From assembly GCA_964016885.1 (NCBI GenBank), contig OZ024741.1, forward strand, positions 128,960,001-129,024,000: a stretch of DNA of 64,000 nucleotides. Reading direction: 5' to 3'. Below are positions 49,182 to 63,681 of the stretch, one piece after another. The notes beneath the pieces were generated by a model, which was not told the DNA's origin, did no database searches, and was given only the letters and a program-made list of their open reading frames with translations. Each line of letters starts with the position of its first letter. The first letter of the stretch is position 1. Source of the stretch: Eledone cirrhosa. Its lineage: Eukaryota. Position numbers and translations under genes: made by a program.

Positions 49182-50529
49182 TCAATTCATAGACATCGAA
49201 TACAAATGCGTATGTGTGCACGCGGTGCATACGAAATATGTGTGTATAATATATGATAGAGATATATGTTATTTCACATATCCTCTCCTATGTGGTCGGG
49301 TGCATACACATGTCATAAACATATTGTGTGCGCGTTACTCCCACACACAAAATGATTATACCTATATATATATTATACTCTTATATGTACCTATACAAAC
49401 AGACACGTTCGCATGTCTATATACGCACATGCATGCACTCGGTAATATAATCAGTGTGGCAGAAACGATTGAACACCGGACTTATGTTCACTTTTGTCTC
49501 TTAACGATCGAAGTTCGAATCCTGTGGAAGTCACTATTGTCCTGCGCCCCTTAAACGTCTATGAACTGGATAGCAGTGAAATAATAATCGATTTAATAGC
49601 TGATACTCTTGTCCTATAGACTTTGTGGGTTTAACTGGTCCTAGGCCCCTGTACATACGGAAAATGACGGGATGGTCACGGCTGGAATGTATTTAGCCAT
49701 GTCTGCTTGATCAGGGCTGATCCGGTGTTAAACAACAGCAAATTGTTTTGTAATGTACCCCATTCGTCACCTTTGAGGCAATTAGATTATAATAATAATG
49801 ATGGTTTCTAATTTAGGCACAGAGACTAATTTGTGAGGAAGATGTCGATTAAACGACCCCAATACTTTACTGGTACTTTGCCTTGTTGACTTCAGAAAGA
49901 TAAAAAGCAAAGTTGACTTCAGCGGGATTTGAACTCAGAAGGGAAAGAGCCAGGCCAAATACTGCAAGGCATTTTGTCCAGCAGGCTATCGATTCTGCTA
50001 ATCCAATCATATCTATAATGTTATTCTGATTTCAAATCATACTATAGTCGACTTTACCTTTTAACCTTCTGGAACTGAATAAAACGAAACCTCCTATGAG
50101 GTGCAACCCCACAGGAGGCCAGTTAAACCTGAACTGTATATTTCAAATTTTTTTTTTTTTCATTTCAGTAAAATACTTTACTAATCAAATATTGAGATCG
50201 ATTCATTCGACTTAACCATTTCCCCAAAATGTTATTGTTTAGTTTCAGTTCAACATTGATCGAAGGGATCGCATTCATCACCATCTCGGCTTTTTTCGTG
50301 GGGAATGTGCCCTTCTCCTTTTTTAAAATAGTAAGGGTGGGGTTAGAAGGAGATTTAGTTTTCTATTTCTAACAGGTCGAGTGACCACTACCCTGTGTGC
50401 TGTTAGAGTCAACATTAGAGCGTCACACTGATTTTTTTAATCATTTTGTTAGGAAAGGAAGGTTAGGTAATCTCGTGATTGTGAGATGGAGGAATGTGTT
50501 TTCAAATCTGGTCTGGCGCTCCTGGTTCC

Positions 50530-50770
50530 CATCCCTAATCCTTGCTATCGGGGCGAAGTTGGCCACCTACAAGAATAAGCCCCGCGAGTTGGAATGGCTT
50601 CTTGTCAAGCCTGTAGCGGTGGAGACATTTGGCGTTCTTGGTTCCCGTAACACCTCCCTACTTCCTGCTCTCAGGCATGACAGGAATGAGCCCCGCGAGT
50701 TGGAATGACTAATTCAGTATTTTCCCCTCGCTATCTCCCAGGGCAACGTGTTTTCCATTCTGTCGCTGCG
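50530..50770 (+). mobile_element. Scrambled CRE-like RLE fragment
   Basis: IGAKLA..KPRELEW and PVAVETFGVLG pieces in rearranged order. Confidence 0.65.
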
Positions 50771-51426
50771 ACCACAAGGCAGCTTGTGCCTGAGGTTCTT
50801 CTGCATGGCAGAGAACATTCTTCCCCATTGTCCGTGCTTGTATCATTGGGGAAGCGATGCTATAGTTTGTTGATATCTATGACATCTGTCTATTCACATA
50901 GACACAACCTATAATCCAAAGGGCCAAGCTTACCCTTGCCCAAATGCTTGCAGCATAGGGAAACTCTGCTGAGGGCACCCAACGGCCAGGTGATGGTATT
51001 ACTGAGCAACGGATTTGCCCTTCTTCCAACTCAGGGAAACGAGATAACTTTAGTGAACTTTCTCTACCTTATAAAGAATACACAAACATAAACCCTATTT
51101 AATCAAAATAAATACTCTTTTTATTTTACCGCAAATATTACGGCTCTCACTCCCAATAACATATACCTTTTAGCAATTTATTTCGTGAGAAAAGATATTA
51201 CACTAAACGTAAGTCTGTTTTGTCTTTTTTCTCATCCCTAAAAAAAATCGAAAAAAAAAAAATTGTTTGAAATGAACAAACACTACCTTATTGTTGAATG
51301 TGTGTGTGTATATATATATATATATGAGATATTTAAAAGAATCGAAGTCAGTGTTGCAGCATATGTACAGACTTTATTTGCATATTACAATTGTTAGACA
51401 CCTCACATACACATACACATAATGTG

Positions 51427-51736
51427 AAGGCGCGCGGCTTAGTGGGTGGGATATTTGACTCACGGTCATGAGTTCGATTTCCGGAGATGCGTTGTGTCCT
51501 TGAGCAAGACATTATTTCATATTGTTCCAGTCCAGTCAGCTGGCAAAAGAAAAATGAGTTGTACCTGTAATTCGAAGGGCCAGCCTTGTATGTCACGTTG
51601 AATCTCCCTGAAAACTACGTTAATGGTATGCGTGTCTGTGGAATACTCAGCCACTTGCACGTTAATTTCACGAACAGGCTGTTCCGTTGATCACATTAAC
51701 CGGAGCACTCGTCGTCGTAACCGACGGAGTGCCAGT
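51427..51736 (+). mobile_element. tRNA-derived SINE with CORE/V-like body and a different tail; relatives at 43296(+) and 59870-60183(-)
   Basis: ggcttagtgg A-box, gagttcgatt B-box, gtgtccttgagcaagaca body. Confidence 0.75.
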
Positions 51737-52057
51737 TTATATATAAATAGATAAATTTTGCTCTTTCCTGTTGAAGGACTAATGTCCAATACGTTGAGAC
51801 ATTATTTTTCCTTTTTCCAAGGAAGTATGAAACTAAGCCGCGATTTGATTCCTCAACAGGTTCCCTTATCCCCTTTCCCTACCACCTATCTTCTGCAGTA
51901 CTCTACCCGATTTTCTCAACTATTATTAGTCATTTCCGTTGGGACAACTACTTTGTAATTTTTCCAATGTTTCTTAAATCTGCCAGATCTTTCTCTCTCT
52001 ATTTGTGAGTATGTGTATATATGTATCTGTGTGTGTATATACATATATGTATGTGTG

Positions 52058-52090
<33 letters not shown>

Positions 52091-52981
52091 AATATGGGAC
52101 GCGATTCGCAATGATTATTCTTACTGCGCTATTCTGTTTATTGCCAACGTGTCCATTCATATAGTTGTTCTGAATTGTCACATTTTCACTTTAACACGGA
52201 AGGTCAGGCTGTGTTCCATTTTTTTGTTGTTGTTCTAGCTTTAGCCTGTGATAAACCCTGATCAAGTAACTCTGTAATTTTTGATCAAGTAACCCTGATC
52301 AAGTAACTCCGTCTATTTTTGGGAGATTCTACTCGGTCGTTTTATCCTGTTAGAAATAACAACCAAATCCCCATCATTACATCCGACCATCTTAAAAAAA
52401 AGCCAAGCTGGTGGCTGTACTCTATAGCGAAAGAGATAGTAGTTGACTAGTCTAAAAAAAAAAAAAAAGCGTTGAGGGTCAGGTCTTTAAAATTCCAATG
52501 AAGCCGCACCCTCACTTTCCCAGAAATACTTGAAAAGGTTGGGGTGGGGATATTCTAACCAAGAGTGTTGAGTTTAACTCCGCTGGAAGTTTTAACTTGC
52601 AATTTTTGTTTGTAAAGCTGACAGCGGGAGTTGAATGCAGTCGGCGTTTATTTTAGGGATACACCGATTTGTTTTGTAGTTACCCCCACTTTTTAAAAAT
52701 TTATTTATACCTTTATTAAAATATTTATATAATTACTTGTCAATTATTTTTCATATTGGAATATTTCTATTTTTTACTCGATCTTACATCGCTACTCGTT
52801 CTCTTTCTTTTTCTTTTTTTTGGGGCTGATGGGGGTGAATTTCGTTGATGACCCGAACCTCCTTTTGTGACCTTGTGGCAAATAAAGATATTATTGTGGC
52901 GGATCCGAGTTAGTCCAACCTTATATGTGTACATTGCTTCACTAACAGTCCCTCGACCTGCTAGAAATAACAGCCACATAT

Positions 52982-53038
<57 letters not shown>

Positions 53039-53077
53039 CATTGAGTTCTTCATACGGATTGGACACTACCGTTTATC

Positions 53078-53111
<34 letters not shown>

Positions 53112-53114
<3 letters not shown>

Positions 53115-53290
53115 TTAATATAGATGAGATTCTACAGGACTAGAACTGTCATTCTTTAGAATGTTTCATTCTAAAGAATGAAACACTTCTAGTCCTGTAG
53201 AATCTCATCTATATTAAAACTTTTATACTCTGCTATGTATTGAGTACCTTACTTACTGTGGTTAACTCCGATTCAACCCGGAATAACGTA
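53112..53290. repeat. Hairpin element in (TA)n containing the 3' half of a hammerhead-like motif
   Basis: Arms gttttaatatagatgagattctacaggactagaa / ttctagtcctgtagaatctcatctatattaaaac; the GAAAC..ctaGTC-ctgtagaa segment also occurs at about 16443 and 56091. Confidence 0.75.
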
Positions 53291-53499
53291 TATATATATA
53301 TATATATATATATATTGGTTTCCACCTGTTTGTGATGGGGCTGATAACGTTGTTAGAAGTCAACGTAGCCTTAAAGAGATGGTTTCAGCGCGATTATGCG
53401 TTGAGTGCTATAGTTTTTGTGATAGGTGCTCATCACGTAAGGTTTCCTCGAATAATCTGTCTAAGTTACAGTCATTTATATGTATGTGTGTTTGTATTC

Positions 53500-53835
53500 A
53501 ACATTGAAAATAAAACAAAAGTCTGAGATAGGTGGTTAATTGGTTCATTGCTTTACGATCGTTTCAGAGGGTTGATTGATCGTGATAGATCAATATATCG
53601 TCTAGCAAGAAGTAGTTACATCACTACATGTTTCTAGTTTCAAAATCCCTGATCAATCTCACCGTCTTCCTAATTTTTGAGGAAGACGGTGAGATTTCGA
53701 AACTAGAAACGGGTAGCGACATAACCATTACCTGCTAGTCGATATATCGATTTAACCCTTTGAAATAATCGTAAAACAATGAACTAATTAACCACCTATC
53801 TCTGATTTCTGTTTTATTTTTATTGTTCAATGCAC
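53500..53835. repeat. Older ~330-bp imperfect palindrome related to the 13811-14210 element
   Basis: Centre ctcaccgtcttcct-aatttttg-aggaagacggtgag; the minus strand at about 53542-53565 reads GAAAcgatcgtaaagcaatgaac, matching 14128-14150. Confidence 0.75.
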
Positions 53836-54576
53836 ATACTCACCGACTCACTCACACGCACGCACGCATGCATGCATGCATGCATCAGGCGTTAAACTCA
53901 TATTTCTTCGTTGTACTATGTTGTTACTGTTTCGGAGTTGTACTTGTCTGGCAAGTGAGTATCAGAGATCTTGTGCTTTGAAACTAAAGCAATTACAACG
54001 TGGAGAGTCATTTAAAAGGACGAAAACTAACTTTTCTTGGTGTCCAAACACATACGTGTATGTGTGTATATGTGTGTATATATATATATACACACACGTA
54101 TACATACACACACATTCCTTTAAGTTTTCAATTCCAAAGGTGCGCGCGCACACGTATCCTTTACTTTTCAAATAGAAATTTTACGGAAAATATAAATGCG
54201 TATGTATCAATACCCACCACCCCTGTGTTCCATCCGTGACCATCGACCATAACAATTATCGACGATTCAGCTGCAACCCACAAAAATTACCGGTTTTCAT
54301 CCACTCTTAAAATTACCGGTAATTCAGCGCTCCTGTCGTGATCACCCTTTCTTAAGATTGACATCGGTCCAATCGTGACTACTCATCCTTAGTGCTTTAT
54401 GGTATTCGAATGTCTCTCTCATTAGAGTTGCGGCCCTTTACATTGTGAGTTCAAATCTTGCCGTGTTAGCTTTACCTTTCATCCTTACGAGGTCGATAAA
54501 ATAAAGCACTGGGGTCGATTTAATCGACTTTTCTCCCCCCCCCCCAATTGCTGGCCTTGTGCCTAAAGTAGAAATC

Positions 54577-54626
<50 letters not shown>

Positions 54627-54926
54627 TACGCACAAGCAAAAAATAAATCAAAATAAAAACATCTCGATTTCGTTGTTCTGTTAATGGAATTTAGATGCGA
54701 AAAAAATCTTATACTAGAACATATTCCTACGATAATATTGCAGAAACAACATTAGTTATATCTTGTAATACACATGATAAGGTAATCCGTCTATAATTCT
54801 TTAAAATGTACACACGCACAGTACATTTCCTATATCAGTCGTGTTGCTACAATAAGTTCGCTTTCGAATTACAAGGCTCTGGGTTCTAAACTTATATTTG
54901 TAATAATCCCTATGGCACATTTATAG

Positions 54927-55479
54927 ATTTCAGTAGGAAACAATTATCTTCCCTCATTTTTTTTCCTTTTTATTTCGTGTTATCAATTCATCTGACTTCC
55001 ACACATGCTGCAAAGGATTCCCCCTCCCCTGGAAAACTCTGTGTGTGTATGTATGTGTGGGGTACCTCGGATTCCCCTCTTCCCCCGGAGTTTTCTTTAC
55101 TATTTTGTGTGTGCATTATCCATGAATCTGACCTCCAAATCAGTCGGAAACGACTAGTTTTATAGAAAGGGATATGGAAGAGTTTCACCGATTTACACCC
55201 CTCTCGCGTTTGGTGGCAAATATTTTTACCATAGGTTTTTTTTCGCGTGTTATCAACGAATCTGATATCCAAACACACTAACCCTAACCCTTCTGACAGT
55301 TGTCATGAATTACGGTTAACTAAAAACAAATGAAATAACTCGAAAGAAAAATGGCAAAGAAAAGTCTGAACAGGAGAGTGGTCCGATGTCCCCCCCCCCC
55401 CCCACATCGGTTTTCCGGAGGTCAGACTAGATGATAACACGAAAAAAACGGAGGAAAAATAATTATTTCCTACTGGAAT
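54927..55479. mobile_element. MITE-like element with ~65-bp imperfect TIRs
   Basis: cagtaggaaacaattat..ttcgtgttatca..tctgacttcc / ggaggtcaga..tgataacacgaa..ataattatttcctactg. Confidence 0.65.
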
Positions 55480-58400
55480 GGAGAGAGGGGTGTTTTATAT
55501 TAATACCTCCGTAAATAGTTATTTATCCAAGGTTATTCATACATTTAATTCTATCCAAGATACGAACTGGAAAGGATCAATGGTTACAACATGGTTTTAG
55601 TATTGGGGTGGGGTGTCGTCATAGGAATGAAAACTTGACATTTCAATCTGACCTCTCAGTTCCGGTCATCTGATCTTTTCACTTCCAGAAAATACGCGGC
55701 ATACATTTGATAAATAATTAATTGGACAGCTTGTGGTGTGTGGATAGGCGCACGCGCACACACATTCACACACACATTCTTTCTCTCCCCCTCTCTCCTA
55801 AGAATGGGTGTACTTAAAGCATTAACTGATGAACATTCAATACGTTTAAGCCGAGTAAAGTTTATTTTCTAAAGAGAAATAAATAAATATAAATAGGTAT
55901 CATCATGACGACCGTTTTACGCCTATTTTCTATTTCTGTATGGGTTTAGATAGATTGCGACGCAGTGCTGGACTTACCGAAAAGCTTAGGGTTACACAGC
56001 GAGGGTCTCAATTAAAAAAAATTGAATTTTTATTTTATCATTAGTTTTTATTCTTTAACGCTAAATAATTAAACATGATTTCCTTCGAATGAAACAGTTC
56101 TAGTCCTGTAGAAGCCATTTCTGTATTAAATCTTGTATATATTCTAAGTTACCCCCATTGAACCCGGGACTCACTCACACACATTATTTAGCATTAACAT
56201 TAGAGAAGGGCATCAAAGTTCATGTGAAAATCCGGCCTTATTGCGATGCTTTGAGATCAGACATGTCAATTGACTATTTCTCGATCTTACGTTCGGTCTT
56301 ATGGTTTTTATATCTGGATATGCTTCCCATGAAAGGCGGACGTAAAATCTTGTGTATATTTTAGTCTTGTGTAGATAGCTATCTACATGTTATATTTGTC
56401 TGATTGTATCGTCTGTCACAGACACGTACATAAATGACATACGTCACACCCATTATATGTTTGTGTTCATAGCTGTCACGCATGTGTGTGTGCGTATATA
56501 TATGTATTATATATACATATATTTACACACACATATACACCATTCTACAGAAAATCAATTTTATGTATGTATATAATGCGTGTGTTCGTTCATTATTGTT
56601 TTCAGTCATACGGCTGCGCCCATACTGGGGCATTGCCTTCAAGACTTTAGTTGATGATATCTATCCTAATACTCATTTATGGAATGGCTAAGTTAACATT
56701 TAACATAGAAGGGATGCAACACATCATACTGGTTTACACCAGTATACACTAACCTATGCTCACGCATATAAACTGTGTGAAGAATTCTCTTATACACATA
56801 CTCAAAAGGGTTCAAGTTATTTTAGTCGATCATTTCGACACCAGAACATTTTTTTCAAGCCTGATACTTATTTCACCAATTTCTTTTTTTGCCAAGTTAC
56901 GCACGCGTTCGCACACACACACACACGGTTTCACACAGTTTCCTCCAACCAAATTCCATTCACATGGCATTGGTCAATCTGAGGTTACAGTACTTGATAA
57001 AGGTAATGTGAAGTGTGACTGAATTTGGAACTGAATAGTTGCCAATTAACTTTTAAACCCCCGTGGTTATGCCTGCTTGTATATGTGTATATATTTCTGG
57101 GACCTACGTATATTGCTATGCCCTATTGCACATATGTTACATATTTTCTATGTGGTTTCTACAGCTGGATGCCCTTCCTAACGCCATCCACCTTACAATG
57201 TATGTAGGTGGCTAATTAGTTTTAGAGCATCGATTGAATAGATACTTGCAGTATCTATTCTGGTCCCTTACATTTCTGTGTTCAATTTTCTGCTGAGTTT
57301 CCCTGAGCCTTGAGTATCTTTAGTAAAGTCCACTTTTTGTAAGCATTTAAGCCAGGTCTCTTTTCGTTACCATATTTCTAATAAGACACTTCCTATGATT
57401 TGAAAATAATTGAGAATTTCAAGAGATTTAGTGGTATAACTAATGTTCTCTTTAAGATTACTTTAACATTTCTTAAATAAAATTAGGATGGAAGGTTTAA
57501 ATATAAACAGTCCACCCTGTTAGATGGTCATTTTGATGCCACCGTAAAAATCACCCAATCAACATTGTAATATGATTGGTGTTAAGAAGAGCATCCAGCC
57601 ATAGAAATCAAGCCAAAATACAGCTCTGTATGAGCAACAAGTGGTCACCTGACCTGCTTTCTCATAACGCGACAACCTGTCTAACCCATAAAAGCATGGA
57701 AAATGGACATAAACTATGATAAACACAAATGAGCAGTTTTGAATCATAAATTCAAGACGGTTACAAGCAGTTTGATTTGGTATCGTGAGAAATTTTTGTC
57801 GTCTGTGTGTCATCACATCACTGTCATTGTCATCTGTCTGATGGTGTGTATTATTGATATTGTTTAGCTCTACGTCATATTGTTAAGGAGCTGACAATCT
57901 TTGCTGAGACAACTAGGTGCCACCCATAGTTTGATGATACAAATACAATCTCTCTCTCTCTTCATTGTCTTATGTAATCTTTCTTATTAACAAATAGTAG
58001 CCAAGCTGCCTGTGTTCATTGATGATTTTTATAATCTGATTTTAGCATGTTATGTAGACTCAGATAACAAGCATCAGAAACTAATCAATCAAATTTAAAC
58101 CTCTTAATTGATTTATATTAGTCTATTAGGTTGAGTAACATAAACAAAAACAGCCCAAAACGTACTGAACTTAAATGCTTATATTAAGTTTTAAAGCTAA
58201 ACATTCAGAGTTCAAATCCATTATGTGACTGCTTTTTTTCTTTTTTCTTTACTTGGAGTAATGGAGGGTATAATCAAATGTGTCCCACCTCATACAGTGC
58301 TGGACTGCTATGTATTTTACTGATCCTGGGAAATTAAACCCAAAGATGCCCTTGATGGGGTTTTACTCAGTACTTTACTAATTCTGCCATCCACTGCCCT

Positions 58401-60185
58401 AATAATTGTTTCTACTTTTGGCACAAGGCCAACAATTTGAAAGGAAAGAGAAAGTTGATTAAATCAACCCCAGTGTATCACTGGTACTTTTATTTTATCG
58501 ACCCTATAATGATGAAAAGCAAATCTAACTTCAGTGGGATTTGAACTCAGAACTCATGGGCCATAATTATATGGTGCAAAGCATCTTGTCCGACATACTA
58601 CTTATGCTGCTAATCCACTGCCTTAATAATAATAATAATGCTGATTTCTAATTTTGGCACAAGGTCAAAGTTGATTATATCAACTGCAGTACAAAACAAA
58701 TTTTGTATACCGAAACTGTATGGAAGACTGTAAGTATATGTGTATCCATGTCTGTTTAAGTTTACTGATTGTAACTTAGCAGTTCAGCAAAAAGTAACCA
58801 ATGAAGTACTGTGTTTGATATGATTTGACCATATCCCTTCAGAGTTGTGTCTCAATATGGCTGCAATCTAATGACTCAAATAATCAAAGAATAACAGCAT
58901 ATACATAATAATTGTTTCGACTTTTGGCACAAGGCCAGAAATTACCCAGTGCATTATTGGTGCTTTATTTTATCGACTCCCTAAGGATGAAAGGCAAAGT
59001 TAATCGCGTCGGGATTTAAACTTAGAATGTAAAGGACCATAACTCTGCTGCAAAGCATGGTGTCTGCTGCTCTATCAATACTGTCAAATGATGATTAATG
59101 AATATGATGATATATTTACACACGCAACAGGTAGCTCTCCACCTTTTCACCACTTGCCTGTAAATATTTTGTTTAGATCAATAGTACACAAGTTGAAACA
59201 CAAATGGCTACTCTGATTGACTAACACCCTTTCCCCTTCTATCATTGATTGACTAACACTGCTTCCCTTCCTATCATATATCTTCTTTCTCTTTTCCTAC
59301 CTTGTTTCCTTACTCTCTACTTTAGCTTCATCGATTCTATATCAATCACCTTCAGTTTACTACTCCCATCACACCTCCCACTACCAAACAAATGTGTGTG
59401 TGTGTTAATTAGCCATTGTTATATATGCTCACATACACATACAGGCATACATTCACCCTTACATATTCACACACTATATCATTTATATCCACAAAGGATT
59501 GCATATCTTCATATTGCCCTACATACATACATACATACTCGCTTACACATGCACACATTATCATCATCATCATCATCTAAGTTCAAATTTTGCCGAGGTC
59601 AACTTTACTTTTCTTCCTTCTTTTAATAAAATATTTTATCAACACCTAACAGAAGAAAACTAAAGTATCAGTCAAGTACCTGGATCAATTTAATTGACAT
59701 GCTCTCTTTAACGTGCTGGTATGGGTTGGACTGGAAGTTACAGACCAAATAAGTATTCAATCAAAGCTATTATCCTCCTAGATGGGTTGGTGTCTGTCTT
59801 TCTCAGTATATTCTATTTTTGACATGGTTTTTATGGCTGGGTGCCCTTCTATATGTGTGTACGTGTTGAACCTCTGGCAGTTTCTATGACAAATGTTCCA
59901 GTTGTTTGGTTAATGGAACAGCCTACTTATGAAGTTAACACACAAATGGTTGAGCAATCCAGACACGTGTACCCATAATGTAAATCTCAGGAAGATTCAG
60001 CATGACACAGTGTGTGCCAAAACAATCTCTTTGAATCACAGGCACACTAATTCTTACCAGTTGAGTGGACTGGTACAACATGAAAAAAAAAGTGTCTTTT
60101 AAGGACACATCGCATTGCTGGGAACTGAACTCATGATCATAAGGTCATGAGTTGAACACTCCAATCATTAAGCCATGCACCTTCC

Positions 60186-60510
60186 TATATTCCCACACAT
60201 ATACAAAGCATGGATGAACTGAGGGAGAAACTGGATTTAAGAAGTAGTGTGCAGGAGAGAGGAATGCATTGGTATGGACATGTGATGCACATGGATGATG
60301 ATCCTTGGGTGAAGAAGTAATGAAGAGTAATCCCAGTGGAAGGAGACTGCGGGAGAGAAAGACCTGGATGGAAATGGGGAGAGCTGATCTCAGATCACTA
60401 AAGCTTATGGAGGAGATGAGAGCTAATTTCAGATCACTAAAGCTCAACAAGTTGAGAGATGCTGTACTGAGAAGGACCTGTCCAACCCATGCAGGCATGG
60501 AACAATGGAT
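60186..60510 (+). mobile_element. Old RTE 3' fragment
   Basis: WYGHV and RKTW..ADLRSLKL..DAVL motifs as in the 4510 ORF C-terminus. Confidence 0.75.
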
Positions 60511-61434
60511 GACTAGTTTCTGTAGTTTCCAAATTCTACTGAAAAGTTATTTGTAAACCTGAGACTATAGAAGAAGATATTTGCCTCAAAGGTTAGGGTT
60601 ATTAGTTAACTTGAGGCTGTAGTAGAAAACAATAGCCTCAGAGGGTGACATAGTGAGATGGAAACTTAGACCAAAGGCTGCAAAGCAAACTTGGTCTCAC
60701 AGCCACGAATGCTCCATATTATTAATGGTTTTATTCTTCTCATTCATTAAGATATTCTCACTCACTCACACCCTGCCATTCACACCCACACACTCACATC
60801 CTGTCATTCATACCTTCTCACTCACACACATGCTCTCTCATACACCTGTTCAGTCATACACACTCTCACTTACACAAGCTCTCATTCATTCTCTCTCTTT
60901 CTCTCTCTCACACACTATCTCACACACACTCACATTCATACATATATACACTTTCTCTCATTCTCTCACTCACACACTCATTCATACCCTCACATTCATA
61001 CTGTCACTCACACACTTTGACACACATTCAATCCCACAGGTATTCTTCTAGCATTTACTCATACAATTGTCAAATGTACATATAAATACACACACTCTCT
61101 ATCCCTCTCCCAAACACAGAGGTGTGTACTTTCTTGTTCTCACACCTGTTATGCTTTCTTTAACCTTTCTCTATCATTAACTAATGAAAGAAATGTAAAC
61201 AAGGAAATATGTTGATACATTATTCTTTTCAAAGTTTCTATTCTGAATTCAGCTTTGATTCTAGACTGAGATTTAAACATACTCCTCTGAACTTGCTTCC
61301 TGGGGTTAAACAGTTCTACCTTGAGTTAAATGGCAGCTTGTTATGGCTTTTTAAACATATCTATATTGTTTTTTTTTTACTCCTTTCATTGCTATATTTG
61401 TAATGAAAAACACTGCTGATGTTTCTGTTATATT

Positions 61435-61735
61435 AGTGCTGGTGACATACATAATAAAAGCACCCAGTACATGCTGTAAAGTTGTTGGTGTAAGGAAGGG
61501 CATCCAGTCGTCGAAAGCTTGCCAAACTAGGTGTTGGGAGGACCCTTCAGTTTGTATCGAAAGACATGACAACTTCTCTGCATTCAATAGGATGTATGAC
61601 CGTATGTAAGCAGGATGCAGATCCCTCGGACTGTCTAGGAGGTCAGTAGCCTCGCTTTAGTACTGACATGGTCTATGTAGACCCGTCCAACCCTTGCTAG
61701 CAGGGAAAACAGACGTTAGATGATGATGATGATTA
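61435..61735 (+). mobile_element. Bipartite RTE derivative (RTE 5' UTR joined to RTE 3' end)
   Basis: First ~70 bp match 7640-7710 (minus); last ~55 bp match 4495-4550 (minus). Confidence 0.8.
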
Positions 61736-61912
61736 TTAAATCCTTCCAAAGTTTTGGTTATTTGAAAATCATAAGCCATGTTTTTAATTAAAAATATATT
61801 GACCAAGTTTTAAGGTGAGGTCTTCAGCATGTTTGCTGCAGAAAAAGTACATCATCAGCATTATTTTTAGGCCCACTTTTCAAAACTGGTGTAAATTAGA
61901 TGTGTGGATACT

Positions 61913-62730
61913 CATCATCATTGTTTTTATGTCCACTTTTCCATGCTTGCATGGGTTGGATGGGTCCTTCTCAGCACGGCATCTCTCTACTAATTGCATT
62001 CCTTCGTCCTCTCCTTTGTTATTCTTAGCAATTTGAGATCAGCTCTCTCAACCTCTGCCCAGGTCTTTCTTGGTCATCTGCTACTGTAGCTTCCTTCTAC
62101 TAAGATTTCCTGGTATTTCTTCACTCATTGGTTATTGTCCATGCACATCACATGTCCATACCAATGCAGTCTTCTCTCCTGCACACCATCTTGGATTCTC
62201 CTTAAACCCAGCTTCTCCCTCAGCTCATCCAAACTCTGCCTTTCTCTCACATTTACATTGCGCATTCAACAAAACATGGTTGCTTCATTTCTCTCCAGTC
62301 TATGTAGTCCCCTGTAGTCACAGCCCATGTTTCACTACCGTGCAGCATCATGTACCACACCCAGGCATCATACAGCCTTCCTTTTGAATGTAGGGAGAAA
62401 CATTTTGTTGTCAACAGTGGGAGTAGTTTTCTAAACTTCTTCCTCATTCTAGCTATTATACTCTTGGTGCACTTTCCTCTGCTGCTAATTAGGTCACCTA
62501 GATAGCAGAAGCTATCAGACATGTCTATGGATCCTTCCTGTGACTGGAAAAGGTTTATATCATTGGCACTCTTCTCGATTTCTCCTGTGCATCTTCTACA
62601 TGCAAAGTTCTCCCTTCCTGTTAGTGCACTCATTGTCCCATTACATTTTTTGTGTACATCATATGGAGTTTATGCCTACTCCTTTTCTACATATTAAGCA
62701 TGGCCACTTCCCTGAGGGAATCTGGGTCTT
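61913..62730 (-). mobile_element. Degenerate RTE 3' portion including the Cys-rich insert
   Basis: GKWPC.IC.KG, CRRC, DSFCYLGD, KGRLYDA, MLHGSETW; (cat)n tail. Confidence 0.8.
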
Positions 62731-63249
62731 GTATCTATATTACCCCCTCCCCTCTGATACACACACGTGTGAGTTTGTGTTTATGTAAACTGGTGTAAAT
62801 ATCTGGTGGTATTTTCTTTCTAAGGGAAAACTCCCTAGTGGGTGTAGGACAGCCGTTTGATAAGTAGAAAAGGGCACTATGAGTACTAGGCTAAGCACTG
62901 CACTGCACATGATACAATTGATTTAACCCTTCTGATACCAGATCTCATTCAAGGGGGTTAAAGGTTTTAGATAATTAGTGCACAACTCATACCACAGGCA
63001 TACTACACAAGGCTGACAGTTCAAACTCACCCTGGTTCTATGATATAAAACTGTTTATTTTAAAGTGTTTAACTAAAAATCTTCCATCATAATTTTATGT
63101 AAGAATCTTGTTCCAAATATCAGATGGAGAATGTGAAAGTTAGTTACATTACTAAATCCCTCCAAATTTTTGATTATTTTCAAAATTATCTGAAAATCAT
63201 AGGTAGTATCTTTCATTAGAAAAATAAGAATGAAAGGATTGAAATCATT

Positions 63250-63369
63250 GGAAAGTGGTACCTCAGCATTTATTGGAAGGTGGTACCTCAGCATTTATTG
63301 GAAGGTGGTACCTCAGCATTTATTGGAAAGTGGTACCTCAGCATTTATTGGAAAGTGGTACCTCAGCAT
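63250..63369. repeat. 25-bp minisatellite, about 4.8 copies
   Basis: Unit gaargtggtacctcagcatttattg with no spacers. Confidence 0.9.
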
Positions 63370-63650
63370 CATGGCCACTGTCCAACTAGAACCAGTAGAA
63401 AATAAAAGAATCTTGGTGCTCATTTATTATTGACAGAAATCAGTGCTAATATTGATTTCTGCTTTAGGCACAAGGCCAGCAGAATATAAAGAATAGGAAC
63501 AAATACTGCCAAGCATTTGTCTGATGTTCTAATGACTCTGAAAAATCCACCTTAATTAATTTTGTGTATCATTTATGTATCAGATAGGGCCACCTCAGAA
63601 AAATCGACTCTTGTTGTCTTCATGCAAGTAAAACTTAAATAAATTCTTTA

Positions 63651-63681
<31 letters not shown>

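Noticed and set aside
55277-55292. ctaaccctaaccc as a telomerase RNA template or telomere
   Set aside because: Only two units, inside a TIR-bounded MITE-like element; no pseudoknot or H/ACA features seen.
63250-63369. 25-bp repeats as a CRISPR array
   Set aside because: Units are directly tandem with no spacers, there are no cas genes, and the context is eukaryotic.
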